DNA from: an uncultured Acidobacteriota bacterium
GTDB lineage: Bacteria > Acidobacteriota > Thermoanaerobaculia > UBA5066 > Gp7-AA6
Reading direction: 5' to 3'
NCBI GenBank assembly: GCA_963764715.1
Contig: CAVXTP010000009.1
Span: 32,001-96,000, forward strand
Length of the DNA: 64,000 nt
The position numbers were made by a program, and so were the translations under genes. Shown one piece after another: positions 9,569-19,424 of this stretch (its first letter is position 1; every line of letters begins with the position of its first letter). The notes under the pieces are model-generated. The model searched no databases. It saw only the letters and a program-made list of their open reading frames with translations, and was not told where the DNA came from.

Positions 9569-11263
9569 TGGACGGCCTCCGGGGAGGCCGCGGCGCGGCC
9601 GGCGGCGGCCTGGGTCGGCAGGTTTCTCGGCAGGAGTATCGTCACGGTCGTCCCTTCACCCGGCTTCGAGTCCACGTCGATCGCGCCCCCGTGGTCCTCG
9701 ACGATGCGCCGGACGATCGCCATGCCGAGCCCGGTCCCGCCGTCGAAGGCCGTCGAGAAGGGCGTGAAGACGCGGGCGATCTCTTCCTCGCTCATGCCCC
9801 GGCCGGTGTCTCGGAACTTGATGCTATACCAGGCGCCGTCCTCGAAGCCCTCGACGGCGAGCGTGCCGCCGTCGGGCATCGCGCGCACCGCGTTCTTCGC
9901 GACGTTGTAGATGATCTGCCGGATCTGGTCGCGGTCTCCCGCCAGCAGCGACGACGGCGGGACGACGTCGAGCCGGATCGCGTGCGCGTCGGAGACCTCG
10001 TCGGACATCCGGAAGAGCTCGAGGACCTCCTGGAGGTTGACGGCCACGTCGAAGACGGCGACGCGGCGCTCCTGCGGCCGGACGAACCGAAGGAACTCCT
10101 CGAGGATGCGCGAGAGGCGGTTCGACTCTGAGACGATGATCTCCATCAGCCGCCGCTCGGCGGAGCCGACCGAGAGCTCGTGCGAGAGGACCTGGACCGA
10201 GCCCGAGATCGAGGCCAGCGGGTTGCGGATCTCGTGGGCGATTCCGGCCGCGAGCTCGCCGACCGCGGCGAGCTGCTCGTTGAAGCGGGCCTGCCGCTCG
10301 AGCTTCTTCACCTCGGTCAGGTCCTGGAACACGATGAGGGCGCCGTCCTCGCCGGACGGGTCCTTGAGCGCGCGCACCGAGTAGCCGAGGACGCGCCGGG
10401 AATCCTCGCGCGCGATCTCGATCTCGGCGCGGTAGCCCTCCCGGCCCCGCGTCCGGCGCCGGATCTCGTCCCACTCGCTCGGGAGGTTGAGCCCGATCTC
10501 CGAGAGCGGGCGCCCGACGGCCCGCGCCGGAGGCGATGCCGAGGATGTCGCCGCCGGCCTGGTTGAGGAACACGACACGTTCGCGCGAGTCCGCCGTCAC
10601 GAGGCCGGAGGACATCGACGCGATGACGTTGGCGTAGAGGGTCTGGATGCGGGAAAGGGCCTTCTGCCGGCTCTCGAGCTCCTCCCGCGCGCCGCGCAGC
10701 TTCTCCGAGAGGTACGAGACCATGAAGGCCACGCCGTAGAACCCGACGATCGTGATCGCCAGGTTGTAGCCGATGCGCTCGGGGCCCCAGTGCCCGGCGG
10801 CCGCCATGCGCGGGCGCGGCAGGACTTCGTACGCGGTCAGCTCGACCATGAGGCCGTGGGCGAGGGCGGCGACGGAGGCGATGACGACGGCGCCGGTGCG
10901 GTAGAGGAGGAAGGCCGCCGCGCCGATGACGACGAGGTAGAGGAAGGTGAAGACCGAGGTCGGCCCTCCCGAGGAGTAGACCAGCATGCAGACGAGGCCG
11001 AGGTCGCCCAGGATCTGCAGGTACGCCTCGGGCCGCGGGGGCAGGAGGCGGCCGAGCGTCCAGTGGAAGAGCGAGAGCACGAAGGCCGCGGCGCACAGGC
11101 CGTAGAGGTAGGAGATGTCGACGTCCTCGGTCCGCGCGTCGGCGAGCAGCGAGGCCGGGGCGCTGCCGGCCTGGACCAGGAACGCGGACAGCAGGATCAG
11201 GAAGAGGACCGCGACCCGGATCGCGGTCAGCCAGAGCAGCGAGCGCCGGAGAGAGTCGTCCAT
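9565..11263 (-). CDS. pilS: Membrane sensor histidine kinase, PilS-like (frameshift near 10530)
   Basis: About six TM segments, a PAS domain, AHEIRNPL H-box, DTGRG and GTGLG. Confidence 0.85.
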
Positions 11264-11354
11264 GGGGTCAGGTGGCGTTCATTTTTCGGATTTCAGCCTC
11301 GCGGTGGTCGAGGTGACGACTTTCTGAAATCCGGAAAATCAAAGACCCGACCCC
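11264..11354. repeat. GGGGTCAGG-family hairpin, copy 2 (degenerate)
   Basis: GGGGTCAGGTGGCGTTCATTTTTCGGATTTCAG...CTGAAATCCGGAAAATCAAAGACCCGACCCC. Confidence 0.75.
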
Positions 11355-11363
11355 GCGGCCGGC

Positions 11364-12567
11364 CTATCCGATCTTGTTGATCAGCGTGAACATCGGGAGG
11401 TACATCGCGATGACGATGCCGCCGATGACGACGCCGAGGATGAAGATCATGACGGGCTCGAGCAGCTTGACGAGCCCCGCCACGGCGATGTCGACTTCGT
11501 CCTCGTAGAACTCGGCGATCTTGTTGAGCATCGAGTCCAGGGCGCCCGTCTGCTCGCCGACGCCGATCATCTGGACGACCATGTTCGGGAACACCTCGGA
11601 ATCCTTGAGCGGCTCGACGAGCGTCTTGCCGTTCTCGACGCTCTTGCGCGTCTCGATGATCGCGTCCTCGACGATCGCGTTGCCCGCCGTGCGGGCCGTG
11701 ATGTCGAGGCTCTCCAGGATCGGCACGCCCGAGGAGGTCAGCGTCGCGAGCGTCCGGCAGAACCGGGCGACCGCGATCTTGCGGAGGATCATGCCGATGA
11801 TCGGCGCCTTCAGCATCGCGCCGTCGACGACGCGCCGCCCGCGATAGGTCCTGTAGTAGCGGCGGAAGAAGAAGATGGCCGCGCCGATGCCGATCACGAA
11901 GAAGATGAAGTAACGGGCCAGGAAGTTCGACGCGAGCGATGACGACCCGCGTCGGGAAGGGCAGCTCGGCCCCGAGGCTCGTGAAGAGGGCGGCGAACGT
12001 CGGGATGACCTTCAACAGGATGACCGCGACGACGATGGCCGCGATGCAGATGACCGCGATCGGGTAGATCAGCGCCGCGCGGACCTGGGCGCGCAGCTTG
12101 ACGGCCTTCTCGATGTACGTCGAGAGGCGCTGGAGGATCGTGTCGAGAATACCGCCCGCCTCGCCCGCCGCGACCATGTTGACGTAGAGGTCGTCGAAGG
12201 CCTTCGGGTGGCGCCGCATCGCGTCGGCGAGCGTCGAGCCCGCCTCGACGTCCTGCCGGACCTGGAGGAGGATCTTGGCGAAGCCCTTGTGCTCCTGCTG
12301 GTTGGCGAGGATCTCGAGGCACTGCACGAGCGGCAGGCCGGCGTCGATCATGACGGAGAACTGGCGCGTGAAGACGGCCAGGATCTTGGGCGGCACCTTC
12401 CGGGAGTACTTCGTCAGCGAGACTTCCTTGCCCCGCTCCCGGATGCCGGTGACGACGATGTTCTGGCGCCGGAGCTGCGCCAGCGCGACTTCCTTGGTGT
12501 CGGCCGCGAGGACGCCCTCCTGGACGAGGCCGCTCCGGTTCCTGCCCTTCCAGACGTAGTTCGGCAT
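11364..12567 (-). CDS. pilC: Type IV pilus platform protein PilC (frameshift near 11935)
   Basis: FTRQFSVMIDAGLPL, AGEAGGILD, GEQTGALD and AMYLPMF. Confidence 0.92.
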
Positions 12568-12570
12568 GTC

Positions 12571-13689
12571 CTACCTCTTGCCGGCCGTCGCCGTCACCGT
12601 CGGGACGTTGACGCCCGAGCCCCGGTTGATGAGCTCCTGGAGCTCGTCGGGCATCGACGAACGGGACAGCGCGGACTCGAGCGTGATCAGCTTCTTCAGG
12701 TACAGCGTGGCGAGGGACTGGTTGAACGTCTGCATGCCGAACTTGGACTGTCCGGACTGCATGGTGGAGTAGATCTGGTGGATCTTGTCCTCGCGGATCA
12801 GGTTGCGGATGGCGGCGTTGGGGACGAGGACCTCGAGGGCCATGACCCGGCCCTTGCCGCTGGCGCGCTCGAGCAGGCTCTGACACATGATCCCCTCGAG
12901 GACGAACGAGAGCTGCGTCCGGATCTGGCTCTGCTGGTGGGCCGGGAAGACGTCGATGATGCGGTTGATCGACGTCGTGGCCGAGTTGGTGTGCAGCGTC
13001 GCCAGCGTCAGGTGGCCCGTCTCGGCGATGCGCAGCGCGGCCTCGATCGTCTCGAGGTCGCGCATTTCGCCGATGAGCACGACGTCGGGGTCCTCGCGGA
13101 GGACGGCGCGCAGGGCGTTCGAGAAGGAGTGCGTGTCGGCGTGCAGCTCGCGCTGGTTGACGAGGCACTTCTTGTGGCCGTGGAGGAACTCGATCGGGTC
13201 CTCGATCGTCAGGATGTGGAGCTGCTTCTCGCGGTTGATCTTGTCGATCATCGCGGCCTGGGTCGTCGTCTTGCCCGAGCCGGTCGGCCCGCAGACGAGG
13301 ATGAGGCCGCGCGGCTTTTCGCAGAGGAGCTCGACGACCGGCGGCAGCCCCAGCTCCTTGAAGCCCAGGATCTCGTACGGGATCTGCCGGTAGACGCCGC
13401 CGACGGCGCCGCGCTGCTGGAAGTTGTTGGCGCGGAAGCGCGCCAGGCCCTTGACGCCGAACGAGAAGTCGAGCTCGAGGTTTTCCTCGAACCGGTGCTT
13501 CTGGGCGTCCGTCAGGACCGAGTAGGCGAGCTGCTTCGTCTCGGGGACCGTCAGCGGGGGATACGGCAGCGGGATCAGCTTGCCGTCGAGGCGTACCATG
13601 GGCGGCGACTGCGTGGCCAGATGGAGGTCGGAAGCCCCCATCTCGACCATTTGCTTCAAAAGCCCATGGAGCGTGGCATCAGTCGCCAT
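12571..13689 (-). CDS. pilT: Twitching motility retraction ATPase PilT
   Basis: GPTGSGKTT, TIEDPIE, LREDPD and the AIRNLIRE signature. Confidence 0.97.
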   Translation of the reverse strand: MATDATLHGLLKQMVEMGASDLHLATQSPPMVRLDGKLIPLPYPPLTVPETKQLAYSVLTDAQKHRFEENLELDFSFGVKGLARFRANNFQQRGAVGGVYRQIPYEILGFKELGLPPVVELLCEKPRGLILVCGPTGSGKTTTQAAMIDKINREKQLHILTIEDPIEFLHGHKKCLVNQRELHADTHSFSNALRAVLREDPDVVLIGEMRDLETIEAALRIAETGHLTLATLHTNSATTSINRIIDVFPAHQQSQIRTQLSFVLEGIMCQSLLERASGKGRVMALEVLVPNAAIRNLIREDKIHQIYSTMQSGQSKFGMQTFNQSLATLYLKKLITLESALSRSSMPDELQELINRGSGVNVPTVTATAGKR

Positions 13690-13746
13690 ACGGCCGTCCC
13701 CCGATTGTTGTGTCGGAGTAGTTTACGCCGGTTTGGGGGGGACGTA

Positions 13747-13825
13747 AAGCAGTAAGCAGTAAGCAGTAAGCGGTCAACCGGGGTGCAGCGCCCGCTGGCT
13801 TACTGCTTACCGCTTTCGGCTGACT
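13747..13825. repeat. Inverted pair of 7-nt tandem arrays
   Basis: (AAGCAGT)3 AAGCGGT ... GCTTACT GCTTACC GCTTTCG GCTGACT. Confidence 0.85.
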
Positions 13826-13852
13826 GGGCGGGTCACTGGACGACTCGCTGGA

Positions 13853-15688
13853 CTACAGGACAGTCTCCCGGAGGACTTCTTCGAGCGTCGTCGCGCCTTC
13901 CCGGATCTTCTGGAGGCCGGACATCCGGAGGCTGACCATGCCCTCCTCGATGGCCTTGCGCTTGAGCTCGATCGAGGAGGCGCCGGACAGGATCATGTCC
14001 CGGATCTCGTCGCTGAAGAGGAGCACCTCGAAGAGCCCGACCCGGCCCTTGTAGCCGGTGTTGTTGCACCGCTCGCAGCCGCGGCCCCTCTTGATGCGGA
14101 GGCTCTTGACCTCGTCCGGGGCGAAGCCCACCTGGATGAGCGTCTGGGGCGGTGTCTCGAGGTCCTCCGGGCAGTGGGCGCAGATGCGGCGCACGAGGCG
14201 CTGGGCGGCGATGCAGTTGACCGACGTCGCGACGAGGAACGGCTCGATGCCCATGTTCATGAGGCGGTTGATCGTCGAGGGCGCGTCGTTGGTGTGGAGC
14301 GTCGAGAGCACGAGGTGGCCCGTCAGCGCGGCCTTGACCGCGATTTCCGCCGTCTCGAAGTCGCGGATCTCGCCCACGAGGATGATGTCGGGGTCCTGCC
14401 GCAGGAACGAGCGCAGCGAGGAGGCGAACGTCAGCCCGATCTGCTCCTTCATCTGGACCTGGTTGATGCCCGCGAGGTTGAACTCGATCGGGTCCTCGGC
14501 GGTCATGATGTTGACCGTCGGGTCGTTCAGCGCGGCGATGGCGGAGTAGAGCGTGTTCGTCTTGCCCGAGCCCGTCGGCCCCGTGACGAGGACGATGCCG
14601 TAGGGACGATCGATCGCGTCCTTGAAGCGCCGCAGCGGCTCCTGGTCGAAGCCGAGCTGCGTCATGTCGAGCTGCAGCTTCGACTTGTCGAGCAGCCGCA
14701 TGACGACCTTCTCGCCGAAGTGCGTGGGGACCGAGGACACGCGCAGGTCGAGGTCCCGCGAGCGCTCCTCGACGCGCAGCCGGATCTTGATCCGGCCGTC
14801 CTGCGGCAGGCGCTTCTCCGAGATGTCGAGCTTGGCCATGATCTTGAGGCGCGAGATGAGCGGGTCGCGGGTGCGCATCGGTAAGGCCATGATGTTGTGG
14901 AGAATGCCGTCGATGCGGAACCGGACGCGGAACTCCTTCTCGTAGGGCTCGACGTGGATGTCCGAGGCGCCGGCCTTCAGGGCCTCGATCAGGATCAGGT
15001 TGGAGACCTTGATGATCGGCGCGGACTCCGAGGACTTGGCGAGGTCGGACAGATCGATCTCCTGGCCCTCCTCGCCCTTCACGACGTCGACGTCGGCGCC
15101 GGTGTCGAGGCCCGTGATCTCGTCCATGTTGATCTCGCCGAGACCGACGCTCGCCATGTCGTCCATCGTGAGCGCGGAGGACGCCATGACGTCTTCGAGG
15201 CTCGACTCGGCGGTGAAGCCCGGGCCGGTTTGCTTGGTGCGTTCCTTGAGGACGACCGACCGGGGCGTTCCGTAGTGCTTGTCGATCGCCTTGCGCAGCG
15301 CGATCTCGGAGGCCACGACCGGCTCGACGTTGTACCCCGTCATGAACTTGATGTCGTCCATGGCGAAGACGTTGGTCGGGTCGCCCATGGCGATCGTCAG
15401 CGTCGCACCGGTCTTGTTCACCGGCAGCACACCGTACTTGCGGGCGACCTCGCCCGGGACGACCTTGATCACGCCCGGGTCGATCTCGAAGTGGGCGAGG
15501 TCGATCGAGGGCACGCCGAACTGCTGGGACAGGGTCTCGGTGATGTCGCCTTCCGAGACGGCGCCGACGCGGACGAGGGCCTCTCCGATCTTGCCGCCCT
15601 CCTCGCGCTGGAGCTTCAAAGCGGTCTCCAGCTGCTCCTGCGTGATGAGCTTCTGCTTGAGGAGGAGATCTCCGAGTTTTACGGCCAT
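13853..15688 (-). CDS. pilB: Type IV-A pilus assembly ATPase PilB
   Basis: MshEN-like N-terminus, GPTGSGKT, LRQDPD and a CxxC...CxxC Zn motif. Confidence 0.96.
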   Translation of the reverse strand: MAVKLGDLLLKQKLITQEQLETALKLQREEGGKIGEALVRVGAVSEGDITETLSQQFGVPSIDLAHFEIDPGVIKVVPGEVARKYGVLPVNKTGATLTIAMGDPTNVFAMDDIKFMTGYNVEPVVASEIALRKAIDKHYGTPRSVVLKERTKQTGPGFTAESSLEDVMASSALTMDDMASVGLGEINMDEITGLDTGADVDVVKGEEGQEIDLSDLAKSSESAPIIKVSNLILIEALKAGASDIHVEPYEKEFRVRFRIDGILHNIMALPMRTRDPLISRLKIMAKLDISEKRLPQDGRIKIRLRVEERSRDLDLRVSSVPTHFGEKVVMRLLDKSKLQLDMTQLGFDQEPLRRFKDAIDRPYGIVLVTGPTGSGKTNTLYSAIAALNDPTVNIMTAEDPIEFNLAGINQVQMKEQIGLTFASSLRSFLRQDPDIILVGEIRDFETAEIAVKAALTGHLVLSTLHTNDAPSTINRLMNMGIEPFLVATSVNCIAAQRLVRRICAHCPEDLETPPQTLIQVGFAPDEVKSLRIKRGRGCERCNNTGYKGRVGLFEVLLFSDEIRDMILSGASSIELKRKAIEEGMVSLRMSGLQKIREGATTLEEVLRETVL

Positions 15689-15725
15689 GGGTGCCGGACG
15701 ATGGTAGGGGTTTGGGGGGAAAGTG

Positions 15726-16718
15726 TCAAAGGGCGTCGCGCGTGTGTGACGTGGATCGCGCCGCCGCGAGCTCCAGCGCCCGCGCGAGCACCACGTCGTC
15801 GCCGACGTCGTGCATCCGCGTGACGACGCCCCGCCGGTCGCGGTACGGTCCGTTGCGCGCCGGCTCGGTCGGGCCGAAGAGCGCGAGCGTCGCGGCTCCC
15901 GCCGCGTCGGCGAGATGGAGCGGCCCCGTGTCGCCGGCGCAGAAGAGCGCGCCGGCGCGCGCCAGGGCGGCGAGCCCCGGAAAGTCGAGGAGCGGCGCGA
16001 CGGAGGCCTCCGGCACGAGCGCGCGCATCCGGGCGACGCGGGTCTCGTCGCCCGGTCCCCACGACACCACCGGATGCAGCCCGGCCTGGCGGGCGAGGCC
16101 GCGGGCGAGCCGGGCGAACCGCTCCTCGCCCCAGGCTTTCGCTGGCCGCGCGGCGCCGGGGTGCACGACGGCGAACGGCCGCGGCAGTCCCGCGAGGAAG
16201 TCGCGGGCCTCGGCGTTCACGCGCTCGAGGAGGTAGCGCGCGTCGGGCGCGCGCACGGCGATCGGAATTCCCGCGCCCTCGAGGAGCGACAGGTTCCGGT
16301 CGACGACGTGCTTCGCCTCCGCCGCCGGCGCGACGCGGATCGACGCGAGGATCGCCGACGCGCCTTCGCGCCGGGCCGCCGCGGAGAAGCCGACGACCGG
16401 CGAGCCGGCCGCGCGGGCCGCAAGCGCCGACTTCCAGAGGCCCTGCACGTCGACCGTGACGTCGGGCCGGAACGCGCGGAGGCGCCGGCGCAGCTCGCCG
16501 ATCGCCTCCCACGTCGAGCGCGCGAGGGGCCGCCGGCGCCAGCGCTTTGTGTCCGCCGTGAAGATCTCGTCGCAGTGGGGATTGCCCTCGAGGACGCCCG
16601 CGAAGGCGGGCTCGACGAGCCAGCCGACCTCCGCGCGCGCGGCGTCGGCGTTTTCGGCCAGCGGAAGCGCGTGGATCACGTCTCCCAGGGACGAGAGACG
16701 GACGATCAGGACGCGCAC
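15726..16718 (-). CDS. waaC: LPS heptosyltransferase I (GT9)
   Basis: VRLSSLGDVIH, DVQGLWKSA and DTGPLHLA. Confidence 0.85.
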   Translation of the reverse strand: MRVLIVRLSSLGDVIHALPLAENADAARAEVGWLVEPAFAGVLEGNPHCDEIFTADTKRWRRRPLARSTWEAIGELRRRLRAFRPDVTVDVQGLWKSALAARAAGSPVVGFSAAARREGASAILASIRVAPAAEAKHVVDRNLSLLEGAGIPIAVRAPDARYLLERVNAEARDFLAGLPRPFAVVHPGAARPAKAWGEERFARLARGLARQAGLHPVVSWGPGDETRVARMRALVPEASVAPLLDFPGLAALARAGALFCAGDTGPLHLADAAGAATLALFGPTEPARNGPYRDRRGVVTRMHDVGDDVVLARALELAAARSTSHTRDAL

Positions 16719-16728
16719 GCCCTCACGT

Positions 16729-17745
16729 TCACGCGAGCAGCGTCCGGTCGGCCTCGACCGCGGCCGACAGCTCGTCGGGGGTCACGACGGCCGTTCCCAT
16801 CTTCATGACGACGACGCTGCCCGCGAAGTTCGCCAGCAGCGCCGCTTCGAGCGGCGTCGCGCCGGCGGCGAGCGCGAGGGCGAGCGTGGCGAGGACCGTG
16901 TCGCCGGCGCCCGTGACGTCGGCGACCTGGTCGGTGCCGTGGACCGGGATGAGGACCGGCGCGCCCTCCGCGAAGAGCGCCATGCCCCGCGAGCCGCGGG
17001 TCACGAAGAGGCTGGCGCAGCGCATCTTCGAGCGCAGCGCGGAGCCGGCGGCCTCGAGCGCCGCGTCGGATTCGAGCGGGCCGCCCGCGCACTCCTCGAG
17101 CTCCTCCTCGTTGGGCGTCGCCGCGTCGACTCCCGAGAACTGCGGAAGGCGGTGGCGGGAGTCGACGCTGATGCGCGCGCCCGCGGGGAGCGCCGCGCGG
17201 AGCGGCCCGACGGAGGCGGGCGAGATCGCGCCGTAGCCGTAGTCCGAGAGCACGGCGCCGTCGGCACCGCGGGCGGCGGCCTGGAGCCGCCCGGCCATCG
17301 CCGCCGAGAGCGCGGCATCCGCCGCGAGCGGCTCCTCGATGTCGTAGCGCACGATTTGCTGCTTGATCGCGTGCGGGGCGCCGCCGAGGATCCGCGTCTT
17401 CGTCGGGGTCCGGTAGCCCGGGACCTCGACGAGGCCGTCGGCCGCGATGCCGCGCTCCTCGAAGGCGGCGCGGAGGGAGCGTCCCTCGGCGTCCGCGCCC
17501 GCGACTCCGACGCAGAGCGGGACGCCGCCGAGGGCGCGCACGTTGGCGGCGGTATTCCCCGCGCCCCCCGGGAGCCGCTCTTCCTTCCAGAAGCGCAGGA
17601 TGAGGACCGGCGCCTCGCGGCTGACGCGCTTGGGGTGCCCGTAGACGAAGCGGTCGAGCACGAAGTCGCCGGCCACGACGATCCGGCGGCCGGCGAGGCT
17701 CGGGACGAGCGCCAGCAGGCGGCGCCGCGCGACTTCGAAGGGCAC
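16729..17745 (-). CDS. rfaE: Heptose 7-phosphate kinase (RfaE/HldE kinase domain, PfkB family)
   Basis: RVSREAPV, GGAGNTA, SDYGYG, TPNEEE and DVTGAGDT. Confidence 0.9.
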   Translation of the reverse strand: MPFEVARRRLLALVPSLAGRRIVVAGDFVLDRFVYGHPKRVSREAPVLILRFWKEERLPGGAGNTAANVRALGGVPLCVGVAGADAEGRSLRAAFEERGIAADGLVEVPGYRTPTKTRILGGAPHAIKQQIVRYDIEEPLAADAALSAAMAGRLQAAARGADGAVLSDYGYGAISPASVGPLRAALPAGARISVDSRHRLPQFSGVDAATPNEEELEECAGGPLESDAALEAAGSALRSKMRCASLFVTRGSRGMALFAEGAPVLIPVHGTDQVADVTGAGDTVLATLALALAAGATPLEAALLANFAGSVVVMKMGTAVVTPDELSAAVEADRTLLA

Positions 17746-17753
17746 GTGTGCGG

Positions 17754-17761
17754 ATTATAAT
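17754..17761. promoter_or_regulatory. Palindromic bidirectional -10 element
   Basis: ATTATAAT reads TATAAT on both strands in the 36-bp gap between divergent rfaE and the HNH gene. Confidence 0.65.
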
Positions 17762-17781
17762 GAGCCGCCCGAAAGGCGCCG

Positions 17782-18363
17782 ATGCTCGACTCCCAGGTCC
17801 TCGTGCTCAACCGCGTGTTCCAGGCCGTGCAGGTCACGTCCGTGCGCAAGGCCTTTTCGCTCTTCTACAAGGGGCACGTGAAGGCGGTCCTGCCCGATTA
17901 CTCGACCTACGAGTTCGAGAACTGGTGCGACATCCCCGTGCGGCCCCAGGACGAGGTCGTGCTGACGCCCTCGATGGCGATCCGCATCCCGCGGGTCGTG
18001 GCCCTCAAGGATTTCGACCGGCTGCCCCGGCAGGACGTCAAGTTCTCCCGCCACAACATCTATCTGCGGGACGGAAACCGCTGCCAGTACTGCGGCCACC
18101 GGTTCTCCTCTTCCGAGCTGTCGCTCGACCACGTCGTCCCGCTCTCGCGCGGCGGAAGCTCGACCTGGGAGAACGTTGTCTGCGCGTGCCTGTCCTGCAA
18201 CGTCAAGAAGGGCAACCGGACGCCGCACGAGGCGAACATGCGCCTGGTCGCCGCGCCGAAGAAGCCCCGCTGGCACCCGGTCGGGCAGTTCGGCTCGAGC
18301 AAGCTCCATCCCTCGTGGCGCAACTTCGTCGACGTCGCCTACTGGAACACCGAGCTGAAGTAG
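17782..18363 (+). CDS. HNH endonuclease (McrA/HNH_5-like)
   Basis: RDGNRCQYCG...LDHVVPLSRGG...WENVVCACLSCNVKKG. Confidence 0.93.
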   Translation: MLDSQVLVLNRVFQAVQVTSVRKAFSLFYKGHVKAVLPDYSTYEFENWCDIPVRPQDEVVLTPSMAIRIPRVVALKDFDRLPRQDVKFSRHNIYLRDGNRCQYCGHRFSSSELSLDHVVPLSRGGSSTWENVVCACLSCNVKKGNRTPHEANMRLVAAPKKPRWHPVGQFGSSKLHPSWRNFVDVAYWNTELK

Positions 18364-18368
18364 CCTTC

Positions 18369-18440
18369 GCTTACTCCTTACTCCTTACATCCTTACTCCT
18401 TACTGCTTACCGCTTACTGCTCACTGCTCACCGACCCCAG
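18369..18440. repeat. 7-nt tandem array overlapping the waaF 3' end
   Basis: TTACTCC TTACTCC TTACATCC TTACTCC TTACTGC TTACCGC TTACTGC TCACTGC TCACCGA. Confidence 0.85.
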
Positions 18441-19424
18441 CTCCCGCCCCAGTAGCTCCTCGACCGCCTTCACCGCCGTCTCGACCGTCAGCTCCTCCAT
18501 GCACTCGTGCCCGTACGGGCAGACTTCGAGGTGGCAGGGGGAGCAGAAGACGTAGCGGTCGACGACCCGGACGGAGCCGCCGACGGCCGCGGTCCGGCCC
18601 GGGTCCGTCGGACCGAAGAAGACGACGACCGGCGTTCCGACCGCCGCCGCGAGGTGGGCCGGCCCCGAGTCGTTGGCGACGAGCAGGCGCGCCCGCGACA
18701 GCAGCGCCGCCAGCCCCGCGGGATCGAGGCTCGGCCCGAGAACGGGCAGCGGAGCGCGCCCCGCCGACGACACGCGCGCGCCGAGGTCCTCTTCGCCGGG
18801 ACCGGCGAGGATCCCCGCGGGCAGGCCGCGCAGGGCGAGCGCGTCGGCCAGCGCGGCGAAGCGCTCCGGCGGCCAGCGCTTGATGCTCGCCGTCGCGCTT
18901 CCCGGCGAGAAGAGCACGGGCCGCGTGCCGGCGGTCCAGCCCGCCGCCGCCAGGGCGCGGTCCGCACCGGAAAGCGACTCGGACGAGACCGGCAGCCGCG
19001 GCGGATCGAGGTCCGGCGCGATCCCGCGCGCCTCGAGCAACGCGTCGTAGTCGCGGAGCTGGTGGCGCGTCCCGTCGGGCGGGGGGAGCGAAAACGTCAG
19101 GAGGGGCCCGCGGTGGTCGGTCGCGTATCCGATGCGGTTCCGGGCGCCGCCGAGCCACGCGACGAGCGCGGCGCGAAACGAGTTGGGGAGGAGCCAGGCC
19201 TCGTCGAACCGGTGGGCGCGCAGCCGCGCCGCGTCCGTGAGCAGGCTCCCCGAGCGGACGATCACGGAGTCGGCGGACCCTGCGGCCCGGTAGATCCCCG
19301 CCGGCCCCTTCGGCGCGATGACCGCGAGCCCGTCGCCCGGGTACGCCGCCCGCAACGCGCGCAGGAACGGCAGCGACATCACCGCGTCGCCCAGCCAGTT
19401 CGTCCCCACCACCAGTCGCTTCAC
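18414..19424 (-). CDS. waaF: LPS heptosyltransferase II (GT9)
   Basis: NWLGDAVMSLP, LPNSFRA, KRWPPERF and NDSGPAHLA. Confidence 0.9.
   Translation of the reverse strand: MKRLVVGTNWLGDAVMSLPFLRALRAAYPGDGLAVIAPKGPAGIYRAAGSADSVIVRSGSLLTDAARLRAHRFDEAWLLPNSFRAALVAWLGGARNRIGYATDHRGPLLTFSLPPPDGTRHQLRDYDALLEARGIAPDLDPPRLPVSSESLSGADRALAAAGWTAGTRPVLFSPGSATASIKRWPPERFAALADALALRGLPAGILAGPGEEDLGARVSSAGRAPLPVLGPSLDPAGLAALLSRARLLVANDSGPAHLAAAVGTPVVVFFGPTDPGRTAAVGGSVRVVDRYVFCSPCHLEVCPYGHECMEELTVETAVKAVEELLGRELGSVSSEQ

Noticed and set aside
17782-18363. HNH gene as a Cas9/IscB, homing endonuclease or restriction-modification component
   Set aside because: It is only 193 aa, with no RuvC domain, intron, DNA methyltransferase or guide-RNA-like structure nearby.
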